Of a stretch of DNA of 64,000 nucleotides, positions 1-9,302 are shown piece after piece (within the stretch, counting starts at the first letter, position 1; every line of letters begins with the position of its first letter). Origin of the DNA: Myxococcota bacterium. Lineage in GTDB: Bacteria > Myxococcota_A > UBA9160 > UBA4427. Under the pieces are notes generated by a model. That model was not told where the DNA came from and did no database searches. It saw only the letters and a program-made list of their open reading frames with translations. A program made the position numbers and the translations under genes. The stretch lies in NCBI GenBank assembly GCA_965250285.1, contig OZ252299.1:4704001-4768000 (forward strand), written 5' to 3'.

Positions 1-1680
1 GGTCCAGAGCGGACCGCTGGCTGCGAACGCACCGCGGAACGCGGCACCGGCCGGGTCGGGGCCCGTCGTGACACCGCCCGCGATCGAGGCGGCCGCCGAG
101 GCACCGATGTTGATGCGCGGATCGAGCGGATCGCCCGCCTTCTCGGCCCCGTTGCACTTGCCCGTGTCGCCCGTGCCCTGCGGGTTGAACGACTGGTCGC
201 TGTTCACCAGCGAGAAGGCGCCGGCGTTGTCGAAGTTCGCCGAGCCGCTGTTCGCGTACTCGGTCGGAACCGCGGCATCACCGTTCGCCATGGCCTGCAG
301 CACACCCGCGTCGCTCACGGCCACGCCGCCGCCGAACGTGCTGGCAACGATGCGGGCCACGTCGCGCGAAGCCCACGTGGCGTAGCTCGGGTTGCCGCCA
401 CCGCTCTCGCGCGCACCGGCCTGGGTGCCCGTGTCGACGACCACCGAGTTCAGCAGCGTGCCGGCGTAGCCATTGCGCATGCGCAGACCGCGGTTCTGGC
501 TGTTCGGCGAGACCGGCGTGTTGGTGATCTTGCTCGGGTCGTTGCTGATGCCGGTCAGGTTGTAGATCTGGGTCGTCGTGACCGGGAAGCACTCGCCGGT
601 GGCACCCGACAGATCGGTGTCGTCGCGCACCGAGCAGGCCGCGATGGGCTCGTCGACGTCGTCGCCGTCCCACTCACCGATGGCATCGCCCGAGGACGAA
701 CCGAAGGGCTCGCCGTCGTTCTCGTTGAAGAAGGCGTGCACGGCGAACAGGTACTGGTTGGTGCCCGTGTAGCCCTGGTCGATGTCGAACTGATCGTCGC
801 CCGCGAAGAAGACCGCGAGGTGATCGCCATCGACCGTGCCACCGAACCACTCGAAGCCGTCGTCGAAGTTGCAGTAGATCTCGATGAACGAGATCTCGGT
901 GCCGCGACCCACGCCCGCGAGGGTGAGGCCGTTCAGCTCGTTGCTGTTGCCGATCTCGTCGCCCGCGTGGCGGAGCGAGATGTAGCGGTAGGTGCCCGAG
1001 CTGTCGTTGGTGATCTCGCCGCCGTACAGCGCGTCGGCCTCGGGGAAGCCGGGAACCGTGAGACCCTCGACGATGCCCACGCCGATCGTGCCGGCCGTGT
1101 TCGACGCAGCCGGCAGGTTGGTCGGGGCGCTGCCCTCGACCACGATGCCGCCCCAGAGCGAGACGTTCGCGAAACCCTGCGAGTCGAGGGGCGCGAGCGG
1201 CGCCGTCGTGGGCGCGTCGTCGTAGAAGAGGCCCAGGCCCGGCAACACGCAGGCGCCGGGGCAGTCGGCCGGGTTGAAGCCCGGGAAGGCATCCTTGAAG
1301 CCATTGCCGTCGAGATCGTCGGCAGACCCGTCCTGGTCGTTGTCGACGGTGGCGGTGGTGAAGATGATCGGCGCCGCCGCGGTGCCGATGATGTTGGCGC
1401 TGCCTTCGCGGGTGACGATCAGCGCGCCCGGGGTTCCGGTCGTGACACCGGCCTGAACGGCCGCCGTGCGCGGCTGGCCACGCACGATGACGCCAGCCTC
1501 GATCGTGAGGTTGGCGCCGCTGTTCACGAAGATCGGCTGCTGTAAGACGTAGGGGCTGTTGGCGAGCGTCCACGTGGTGTCCGTGGTGATGTTGGCCGCA
1601 ACGCTCGTCTGCGCGCTGGCACTGCCGGCCGTGAGGCCCGCAACGACCAGAGCCGCAATTGCGAGAACGGTCTTCTGCAT
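1..1680 (-). CDS. Secreted beta-helix-like protein of the family found beside TonB-dependent receptors (3' end outside window)
   Basis: Missing from the ORF track because there is no stop in the window. Hand translation from ATG 1680 (GAGAG RBS): signal peptide MQKTVLAIAALVVAGLTAGSASAQ, then NITTDTTWT..YVL, LWGGIVVEG, YGG..NDSSGTYRYISLRHAG, NELNGLTLAGVGRGT, DDGFEWFGGTV, DDQFDIDQGYTG; ends ..FRGAFAASGPLWT at the edge. Confidence 0.85.
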   Translation of the reverse strand, partial: MQKTVLAIAALVVAGLTAGSASAQTSVAANITTDTTWTLANSPYVLQQPIFVNSGANLTIEAGVIVRGQPRTAAVQAGVTTGTPGALIVTREGSANIIGTAAAPIIFTTATVDNDQDGSADDLDGNGFKDAFPGFNPADCPGACVLPGLGLFYDDAPTTAPLAPLDSQGFANVSLWGGIVVEGSAPTNLPAASNTAGTIGVGIVEGLTVPGFPEADALYGGEITNDSSGTYRYISLRHAGDEIGNSNELNGLTLAGVGRGTEISFIEIYCNFDDGFEWFGGTVDGDHLAVFFAGDDQFDIDQGYTGTNQYLFAVHAFFNENDGEPFGSSSGDAIGEWDGDDVDEPIAACSVRDDTDLSGATGECFPVTTTQIYNLTGISNDPSKITNTPVSPNSQNRGLRMRNGYAGTLLNSVVVDTGTQAGARESGGGNPSYATWASRDVARIVASTFGGGVAVSDAGVLQAMANGDAAVPTEYANSGSANFDNAGAFSLVNSDQSFNPQGTGDTGKCNGAEKAGDPLDPRINIGASAAASIAGGVTTGPDPAGAAFRGAFAASGPLWT

Positions 1681-1892
1681 GAGTGTTTGCTCTCTCGATT
1701 CTCGAAAGGTCAGGGGTCGTCCGCCGCTGCCCTCTGCAGTCGGGGACGGCCGCTACTTTGCACGTCGGCGATGACGCAGAAGCGGCCGAACGGTGACGTT
1801 TCGGCTCCAGACATGCGCGCTGGGAAAACATCTCCAGAGAGCGAAAAGCTCAACTCTTTCAGATCTTTAGGGATCCTTCTGCCGAACGCTGG

Positions 1893-1914
1893 GTCACACG
1901 TTCGTCACACGAAT
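1893..1914. promoter_or_regulatory. Pho-box/OmpR-type 11-bp tandem direct repeat
   Basis: GTCACACGTTC GTCACACGAAT; a similar element lies at 11711. Confidence 0.45.
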
Positions 1915-2069
1915 GGCGCCGCGGCGAGTCGCAGTGCCGGCGGTCACGAAAGCGCGACTGCGCGCCCATCTCGAGCGGGCAAGGTCGAGCGCAGGATGGC
2001 CCGAGGCACCGCTCGCGTCGAACTCGATGGGGACCTGAATCGGTTTCGTCGAGCGATGAACGCGCGCGA

Positions 2070-5000
2070 CTACCAGACGTACGTGACCGAGAACTTGAAG
2101 TCGCGGCCCACGCGGAACTGGCGCTCGAAGTACTCGACCGACGTGACGCTCGAGTCGTACACGATGCCGCGCTTCGAGTCGGTCAGGTTCTTCGCGCTCA
2201 TCTTCAAGGCGAGATCGCCGGGGATGAAATCGAAGTCGAGCCGCTGACTCACCACGAAGTCGAGCTGATAGAAGCCGTCGACGTAGCGATCGATGACACC
2301 CACGCCGGTCGGCCGACCATCGAGCCCGATCTGCGAGCTGCCGGCCGCGTCGAGCACATCGCTGATCGCGAAGAAGGCCAGCGTCATCATCGTGCCCCAG
2401 TCATCCTGGTCGAACGTGATGTCGGCGTTGGCGATCCACTTCGGCTGGCCGAACAGCCTTCGGTCGCCGATCAGCGTGTTCTCGAGTTCGCCCGTCTGCG
2501 CATCGAGAAAGAACGGATCGAAGCGGCGAGCCTCGACCTCGCTTCGGCGCACGCGGGCGTCGATCCAGGTGAAGTTGCCCCCCACGCTGAAGAGCTCGCC
2601 GAGCTCGAAGCCCGCGATGCCGAGGTTCTTGCGCGCCTCGGCCTCGATGCCCCACAGCTTGGCGTTGTTGGGGTTGTTGAAGAACGTCCGGTAGAACGCC
2701 GAGCTCGAGAGACTCGTATCGAGCGGGTTCTGCACGATCAGGCTCTCGATGGGGTTCTCGATCTGCTTCCAGAACGCGCTGAACGCGACGAGGTCACCGA
2801 AGTCACCCCAGCTGTACTCGACGCGACCGTCGACGCTGCGCACTTCTGAGACACCGAGCGTCGGGTTGCCGACGATGAGATCGTCCGAGCCGGGCTCGAC
2901 GCTGACGTAGTAGCCGACCTCACGCAGCGAGGGCCGCGCCACGGTCTCCGAGTAGGCGAACCGAAGCGCCGCGCCTTCGTAGAAGCGCCACGCCGCCGAG
3001 AGCGAGGGCAGGATGTACCAGTCACTCGAGCCCTGGTTCACGAAGTCGAGGATCTGCGCTTCGGTGATCCGGTCGACGTAGCTGCCACAGAAGACGCCGG
3101 TCACGTTGCAGTTCTCGGTCACGAAGTTGTTCGGCGGCTGATCGATGCCGAGCAGCTGATCGTTGTAGACGACGTCAGGGGGAGGCGGACCCGACGTCTC
3201 TCGATCGTTGTTGCCCGTGCGGTCATTGGGGTTGTCGAGCCGATCACCGAACAGGTAGATCTGCGGGAACGTATTCGGTGCACCGAAGATCGTCCGAACG
3301 GTCCCATCCGGATTCAGTTCGCCCGTGAACGGGTCGTTGGTCGTCTCGATCGTGATGTGCTCGAGTCGAACCCCGGCAAACACGTCCCAGTCTTCGAAGA
3401 GCGTCGCCTTCCCGTTGAGCCCCAGGGCGCCGATCTGGCGCACCGCGTTGTTCGTCTGGTCCCGAACTCCGATGATGTCGCCCGTGCTGGGGTCGGTCGC
3501 GAGGATGTCGAACGCTTCGAAGCCGAGCAGGTACGGAGTGTCCGCGGCCGCGATGGCCTCGCTGTTGCCACCGCCTGCGCTGGCCGTTTCGAGAAAGAAC
3601 GCCTCGACGTCGCGCTTCGCCCGCTCGTACCAACCCGTCGCGCCGAAGTCGAGCAGCACGTCGTCGGAGACGTCCCACTCGTAGCCGAGATCGACGCGTC
3701 CGAACCCCTGGCTCTCGACGACGTCGGCACCGCTCCAGAGAACGCGAGCCACCTGGTTCACCCATTGGCCGGGGCCCAGGTCTTCGGGGCGCGTCGGAAA
3801 GACGAAGCCTTCGAGGGGAATGTTCCCGTTTCCGTCGGGCTGGAGGAGCGCTTCGATGTCATTGGGTTCGTAGAAGTACCGGAGCCGTCGCGACGTCTCG
3901 TCCTGCTTGGTCCGGGCCCAGTTCGCAGCCCAGTCGACCGTGAAGCCGTTCCAACCGGGGAAGACGTGCGCTCCGTTCAGCTGGGTGATCAGCAGATCGC
4001 GCTCGCGCTCGAAGCTCTGGCTCTGCGAGTTCGGCGCAAACCAGGCCCCGCCTTCGCGGCCCGGCGGCGTGAGCAGGTCGTCGCGGCTCGAGCCCAGGAA
4101 CCAGTTGGTGTTGCCGTAGGCCAGATCGTCGTCGCCCAGATTGGTCCGAATCGGACCGATGAACAGATTCGGGGTCACACCGTCGGGCTCGTCGATCGTC
4201 TGCTCGATCAGGTCGTCGACTTCCAGCCCATAGATCCAGCCGTTGTCTCGCGCCTGGACGACCTCCTGGTTCACCTTCGAGTAGAAGACCGAGGTATCGA
4301 TCTTGTGGTGCGCCTCTTCATCGAGATCGAAGCCGATGGCGCCGTAGCCCGTCCACTGCTCGCTGTAGGAGCTCTGCGTCAGGTCGTAGCGGCTGCCGCT
4401 GTTGTTGAGCAGCCCGGGTAGCAGGCCGCCGTTTCGCTGGCGGCTGGGGATCGTCGACTGGGCGCTGTCGCGCGGCTGGAGCGTCTCCTGAAAGCCGATC
4501 GCCGTGCGGTAGTCGGTCTCGTAGTTGAAGATGCCCTGGGCGCGCAGCTCGCGGCGAAACAGGTCCCACCGCCCGCCGAGCAGGCCGCCGAACTCCATCT
4601 CGACCGTGTCCTTGCCGTCGGTCAGCTGGCCGACCGGGTTGTCGGGCGTGTACTCGAGAAATTCGTCGAGGGCGTTCGTGTTGAAGCCCGCAGCGGCGTT
4701 CACCTTGAAGGTCAGCTCGTCGGGGTACTCGAGGGTGAAGATGTCGATCGAGCCGCCGGCCGAGTTGCTCGGCAGGTCGGGGGTGAAGGTCTTGAACACG
4801 CCGATGTTGTTGACGATCTCACTCGGAAAGAGATCGAGCTGAACCGACTGGCGGTCGGGGTCGGGGCTCGGCACGGGCGCTCGGTTGAACGTCGTACTCG
4901 AGTAGCGGTCTTCGAGGCCGCGGATGATCGCGAACTGGCCCTCGACGATGTTGACGCCCGCGACGCGCTTGAGCGCATCGGCGACGTCGCTCGCCGCGAA

Positions 5001-5588
5001 GCGGGAGAGATCTTCGGCGCTCATCAGGTTCACGAGTGAGTCGCTCTCGAGCCGCAGCTCGAGGTTCTGCACCATCTGACCGGCGACGGCCTCGTTCACG
5101 ACGAAGGCCTCGAGATCCATGATGGCCCCGGTCTCGGCGACGGCGAGGGGCGGCATCGGAAAGTCGGATCGGTTGAGCTGGTCGGCCATCACCTCGACGC
5201 CGGTCATGGCCGACGTGCGGAAGCCCGACTTCACGAACGAGAGCGAGTAGCTCCGCCCTGGCGGCACCGACGGGAACTCGTAGGCGCCATCCGAGTCGGT
5301 GGTCCCGACCTCCTGCTTCTGCGGCGTGTCGGGGCCCGTGCTCGGATACTGCAAGATGACCGTGACGCCGCGAATCGCCGAGCCGGTGTCTGCGTTGAAG
5401 ATGCGGCCGGCCAGCGCGCCCTCACCGGGTTGCATGCGGGTGCCGGGCTCGGGCGTATCGGCGTCGGGACCCGCCGATGACGTGCCGAAGCCGCCTCCGA
5501 AGAGATCGACCTCACTCTGGGCCTGTGCGTCCGCTGCGCCGAAGACGATCGCGACGGCGACCAGGAACAGGCTCAGTGAGAGGCGCAC
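2070..5588 (-). CDS. TonB-dependent receptor with N-terminal carboxypeptidase-regulatory-like domain
   Basis: Signal peptide from GTG 5588 (ORF open to 5696); plug motifs DVADALKRVAGV, IIRGLEDRYS, LDLFPSEIV, KTFTPDLP; RFAYSETVARPS, GNPTL; C-terminal SAKNLTD..FSVTYVW. Confidence 0.95.
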   Translation of the reverse strand: MRLSLSLFLVAVAIVFGAADAQAQSEVDLFGGGFGTSSAGPDADTPEPGTRMQPGEGALAGRIFNADTGSAIRGVTVILQYPSTGPDTPQKQEVGTTDSDGAYEFPSVPPGRSYSLSFVKSGFRTSAMTGVEVMADQLNRSDFPMPPLAVAETGAIMDLEAFVVNEAVAGQMVQNLELRLESDSLVNLMSAEDLSRFAASDVADALKRVAGVNIVEGQFAIIRGLEDRYSSTTFNRAPVPSPDPDRQSVQLDLFPSEIVNNIGVFKTFTPDLPSNSAGGSIDIFTLEYPDELTFKVNAAAGFNTNALDEFLEYTPDNPVGQLTDGKDTVEMEFGGLLGGRWDLFRRELRAQGIFNYETDYRTAIGFQETLQPRDSAQSTIPSRQRNGGLLPGLLNNSGSRYDLTQSSYSEQWTGYGAIGFDLDEEAHHKIDTSVFYSKVNQEVVQARDNGWIYGLEVDDLIEQTIDEPDGVTPNLFIGPIRTNLGDDDLAYGNTNWFLGSSRDDLLTPPGREGGAWFAPNSQSQSFERERDLLITQLNGAHVFPGWNGFTVDWAANWARTKQDETSRRLRYFYEPNDIEALLQPDGNGNIPLEGFVFPTRPEDLGPGQWVNQVARVLWSGADVVESQGFGRVDLGYEWDVSDDVLLDFGATGWYERAKRDVEAFFLETASAGGGNSEAIAAADTPYLLGFEAFDILATDPSTGDIIGVRDQTNNAVRQIGALGLNGKATLFEDWDVFAGVRLEHITIETTNDPFTGELNPDGTVRTIFGAPNTFPQIYLFGDRLDNPNDRTGNNDRETSGPPPPDVVYNDQLLGIDQPPNNFVTENCNVTGVFCGSYVDRITEAQILDFVNQGSSDWYILPSLSAAWRFYEGAALRFAYSETVARPSLREVGYYVSVEPGSDDLIVGNPTLGVSEVRSVDGRVEYSWGDFGDLVAFSAFWKQIENPIESLIVQNPLDTSLSSSAFYRTFFNNPNNAKLWGIEAEARKNLGIAGFELGELFSVGGNFTWIDARVRRSEVEARRFDPFFLDAQTGELENTLIGDRRLFGQPKWIANADITFDQDDWGTMMTLAFFAISDVLDAAGSSQIGLDGRPTGVGVIDRYVDGFYQLDFVVSQRLDFDFIPGDLALKMSAKNLTDSKRGIVYDSSVTSVEYFERQFRVGRDFKFSVTYVW

Positions 5589-5747
5589 GATCGACGTGCG
5601 GCCCTCGTCAGCGTGCGCATTCGCGTTCTGGGGATGACCGAGGCGGGCGGCGGGCAAGGGGGATTTCCGTCTGGAGCGACCCGTAGGCCGGTTCATCGTG
5701 CCGAGGTGACGTGCGGCCTCACGAGAGGCGGGGTCGAACGGGTGAGG

Positions 5748-7160
5748 TCAGGTCGGATCCATCGCCGACTCGACGCTCGCGAGGAAGCGCTCGACCCGGG
5801 GCTCGCTCTGAATCGCCAGCGCGCGCCGAAGCAGCGCGGCCGCCTCGGCGTACTCACGGTCGGCGACCCGAATCTGAGCGTGCTCGAGCAGCGCGCGGTA
5901 CTCCCAGTCTTCGAGGTTCTCTGCGCGCTCGATCAAGAAGATCGCGCGCTCGGTCTGCCCGATGCTCTGGTGATACTTCGCAAGCTCGAGCAGCGCGTCG
6001 CCGCGCGTGCCGTCGCGCTTGACGATCGATTCGAGCAGCCGCGCGGCCTCCTTGTCGTTGCCCTGGTTGCGGGCGAGGCGCGCGGTGAGCGTCAGCAGTT
6101 CGAGCTGCTGGTCGCTGCTCATCTTGCCGTCGAAGCGCTGGCGGGTCGCATCGACGACATCGCCTGCCTCGGCGAAGGCCTGGGTGCGCATCAGCAGGTC
6201 GGCGGCGCGTACGGCGGCGTCGAAGTCGGCGCCGCCGTCCATCTCGATCAGCGCGACATAGGCGTCGCGCGCGAGCCAGGGCTGCTGCTGGTTCAGATAG
6301 ATGTCACCGAGCAGCTTGAGCGAAGCCGGCTCGGCCTTGCCCATCATGCGCACGGCCTCGAGGTTCACCGCCGCGGCATCGGTGCGCTCGAGCGAGAGGT
6401 AGGCATTGGCCTGGAGCATCCAGGCCTGCGCGTCCTCGGGATTCTCGGCGATCATGCCGTCGTAGAGCGCCGCCGCTTCGGCGTGCTTCTGCATCGCCTG
6501 CAGCGAGCGCGCGAGGCCGAGCTTCCAATCTCGCGACGCCGGATCCTGCATCACCGCGTTCCGGTACGCCGCCTCGGCCGCGTAGTAGCTCTCGAGGTTC
6601 AGGTAGCAGTACCCCAGCAGGCCGTAGCTGCGCCCGCCCCGGTCGCCGAGCTCGATGGCGCGAGCCAGGTGCTTCGCGCCGCCCTCGAAATCCTGATTCT
6701 GCACGAGCAGCAGTCCGAGGTTCTTCTCGGCTCGGCGGAAGTCGGGGAACTTGCCGATCGCGGCTTCGTACGCCGCCTGGGCCTGGTCGAGGGCCCCGGC
6801 CTGGAAGTGAAGATTCGCCAGAATGAAGTCGAGCGCCGCGCTGCTGTCGGGCGACTGCGCCGCTTGGAGACGCGCCGTCGCCGCCGGCAGGTTGACCTTC
6901 ATCAGGTCGATGACTTCGCGCAGCAGCTCGAGCTCTTGCTGCTTGATCGCGGGCTCCGACCCCGACAAGAAGCCGTAGCTGCCGAGGAAGCTCTTACGCC
7001 ACTCGGGATCCTTCAGGACCTCCGAGCCCTCCCAGGGCTGAAACTGCGCCCAAGACGCCGGGACAGCGCCGAGCAGAATCGCCAGGGCGAGTAAGAGCGC
7101 GATGGTCGTGCGCTGCGTGGGCGTTCTCGTTGTCTTCGTCGTTGTCGATGCGTCGAACAT
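5748..7160 (-). CDS. Periplasmic TPR protein (TtpD-like)
   Basis: Signal peptide; repeated TPR-like helices (FILANLHFQAG, NLGLLLVQ, LLGYCYLN); directly after tonB. Confidence 0.85.
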   Translation of the reverse strand: MFDASTTTKTTRTPTQRTTIALLLALAILLGAVPASWAQFQPWEGSEVLKDPEWRKSFLGSYGFLSGSEPAIKQQELELLREVIDLMKVNLPAATARLQAAQSPDSSAALDFILANLHFQAGALDQAQAAYEAAIGKFPDFRRAEKNLGLLLVQNQDFEGGAKHLARAIELGDRGGRSYGLLGYCYLNLESYYAAEAAYRNAVMQDPASRDWKLGLARSLQAMQKHAEAAALYDGMIAENPEDAQAWMLQANAYLSLERTDAAAVNLEAVRMMGKAEPASLKLLGDIYLNQQQPWLARDAYVALIEMDGGADFDAAVRAADLLMRTQAFAEAGDVVDATRQRFDGKMSSDQQLELLTLTARLARNQGNDKEAARLLESIVKRDGTRGDALLELAKYHQSIGQTERAIFLIERAENLEDWEYRALLEHAQIRVADREYAEAAALLRRALAIQSEPRVERFLASVESAMDPT

Positions 7161-7169
7161 ATCGCGGAC

Positions 7170-7832
7170 CTATCGAATGTTGATCGGAATGGGCAGCCGA
7201 GCGTGGGCCTTGACCGGCCGGCCGTTCTTCGTGGGCGGCGTGAACTTCCAGCTCGCGACCTCGTTGCGCACGAAGTCGTCGAACTTCGGCAGCGTCGACG
7301 AGTCGACCTCTGCCTCGATCACGGTGCCATCTTGATCGAGCTTGATGACGAGGACGATCTTGCCGCTCGCCTTCTTGCGCTTGAGACGAGATGGAAAGTT
7401 GAAACCCGAGACGCCGATCGGCCGCGGCAGCTGATCGAGGTCGGAGAAGTCGACGAAGTCGTCAGTACCCAGTGCACCCGAGCTCGTCGCGATGTTCGGC
7501 ATCGAGAAGTCGCCGGCGAGCGAGCCCCCCGTGCCGGGGTTCAGCGCGATGTCGAGCTGGTCGAGCGAGAGCTGGGGCGGCTCCATCTCGAGCTCGGGCG
7601 GCGGCGGCTCTTCTTCGGGCGGCGGCAGGTCTTCTTCTTCGAACTCGTCGATCGTTGGCGGCACGTAGGCCGCGAAGGTCTCGTCGATGGCCGTCTCGGG
7701 CGGCTTCACGTCGCCCATCATCTGCGCGAGCGCCATCAGCACGAAGAGCGCCACGGCGAACACCGTGCCGATCGCGAGCGCGATCGCCGACTCGTTCTTC
7801 GGCGGCGGGGCCTGAAAGACTTCCTTCGACAT
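7170..7832 (-). CDS. tonB: Energy transducer TonB
   Basis: N-terminal TM helix, Pro/Glu-rich linker, C-terminal domain (GKIVLVIKLDQDGTV, WKFTPPTKNGRPV). Confidence 0.9.
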   Translation of the reverse strand: MSKEVFQAPPPKNESAIALAIGTVFAVALFVLMALAQMMGDVKPPETAIDETFAAYVPPTIDEFEEEDLPPPEEEPPPPELEMEPPQLSLDQLDIALNPGTGGSLAGDFSMPNIATSSGALGTDDFVDFSDLDQLPRPIGVSGFNFPSRLKRKKASGKIVLVIKLDQDGTVIEAEVDSSTLPKFDDFVRNEVASWKFTPPTKNGRPVKAHARLPIPINIR

Positions 7833-7884
7833 CGTGGGGGGCGTGGCCGGCGTGCGGCCGATCTCCTTGGGCTTCGAATCGCAG

Positions 7885-8292
7885 TCAGTCGTTGAGCGTC
7901 GAGACGCTGATCTTCTTCGCGCCGGCGTTCTTGACCTCGCTCCAGACGTCCGAGAAGACGCCGTGATCGGCCTGCGCGTCGGCTTGAATGATCACCGGCA
8001 GCTCGTCCTTGTTGAGCAGCTGCCTCACCCGTGCGCCGATGCCGGCGACACCCATCTCCTTGCCGCCGTAGACGATCTTGTTGTCGGCCGTCACGGCGAT
8101 GATGATGCTGTTCTTCTCGAGGTCCTGGTCGACGGTCGCGTCGGGCTTGTAGATGTCGACGCCCGGCTCTTCGACGAACACGGTGGTCACGATGAAGAAG
8201 ATCAGCAGGATGAAGATGCAATCGATCATCGGCGACAGATTGATCTCCGTCGTCTCTTCGGCCTGATCGAGCATGCTCTTCTGCGCGGGCAT
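7885..8292 (-). CDS. exbD: Biopolymer transporter ExbD
   Basis: INLSPMIDCIFILLIFFIVTTVF; VIIQADAQA. Confidence 0.95.
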   Translation of the reverse strand: MPAQKSMLDQAEETTEINLSPMIDCIFILLIFFIVTTVFVEEPGVDIYKPDATVDQDLEKNSIIIAVTADNKIVYGGKEMGVAGIGARVRQLLNKDELPVIIQADAQADHGVFSDVWSEVKNAGAKKISVSTLND

Positions 8293-8697
8293 CTAGTTCA
8301 CCGTGTTGAAGGTGAGGGCCACGGCGCCATTGCGCCGCGCGGCATCCCACACTGCGACGAAGAAGCCGTGGTCGGCCTTCTCGGCCACCCGGATCACCAC
8401 GGGCGTCTCGTCGTCCTGGACGCCGGCCTTCACCCGAGCGCCGACCTCGGCGATCGGAATCTCGCGCCCCTCGTACACCACGCGATTTTGCGGCGTGATC
8501 TCGAAGACGAGGCTCTCGCTCTCCTCGGTGGGCGCGGCCGCGGCGGCGTCGGGCTTCGCGACCTGCAGCCCCTTCTCCTCGACGAACACGGTCGTCACGA
8601 TGAAGAAGATGAGCAGGATGAAGATGCAGTCGATCATCGGCGAGAGATTGATCTCGGTCTCTTCTTCGTTCTGATCGAGCAGACTTCTGCGTGCCAT
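8293..8697 (-). CDS. exbD: Biopolymer transporter ExbD (second paralogue)
   Basis: Same TM motif INLSPMIDCIFILLIFFIVTTVF. Confidence 0.95.
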   Translation of the reverse strand: MARRSLLDQNEEETEINLSPMIDCIFILLIFFIVTTVFVEEKGLQVAKPDAAAAAPTEESESLVFEITPQNRVVYEGREIPIAEVGARVKAGVQDDETPVVIRVAEKADHGFFVAVWDAARRNGAVALTFNTVN

Positions 8698-8720
8698 CGC
8701 GTCGTCTCCGTCGCCCTACG

Positions 8721-9302
8721 TCAGTCGAGCTTCATCTGGCTCAGCGTGAGGCTCTCGAGGCGCATCAGCCGCGCCTCGAGCGCCTGGCGCTGGCGCGCGA
8801 TGATCATCACGATGAAGAGCCCGGGCAGCGCGATGGTCAGCCCGGTCTGTGTCGTCACCAGCGCCTCGCTGATGCCACTCGCGACGACACCGGCCGTTTC
8901 GGTGCCACCGCTCGTCGAGATGCCGAAGAAGGTCTGCAGCATGCCGAGCACGGTGCCGAGCAGGCCCATGAGCGGGGCGGCCGCGACGAGCGTGCCCACG
9001 AACTTGGCGCGCCGCTCGATCGAACCGACGAGGGTGAGCTTCACCTCGTCGAAGCGGTTGCGAATGTCCTTCGCCGACTTCACGTCCTGCTGGGTGAACC
9101 GGATCACGGCGGCTGCGCGGCCCTCGGCGTTCTCGGGCGAACGCACCCAATCCCACCAGTGCATCTCTTCAGAGGGCGGCAGGTTGTGGCGGCGCACGTA
9201 CATCACCAGCCCGAAGGCCTGCGTGTACAGCAGCACCGCGAGACCGAACAGCGGGATCATCACCCACCCGCCGCTCAACCAGATGTTCCAGATCTGGCTC
9301 AT
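8721..9302 (-). CDS. exbB: MotA/TolQ/ExbB proton channel protein
   Basis: AAPLMGLLGTVLGM, GISEALVTTQTGL. Confidence 0.95.
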   Translation of the reverse strand: MSQIWNIWLSGGWVMIPLFGLAVLLYTQAFGLVMYVRRHNLPPSEEMHWWDWVRSPENAEGRAAAVIRFTQQDVKSAKDIRNRFDEVKLTLVGSIERRAKFVGTLVAAAPLMGLLGTVLGMLQTFFGISTSGGTETAGVVASGISEALVTTQTGLTIALPGLFIVMIIARQRQALEARLMRLESLTLSQMKLD

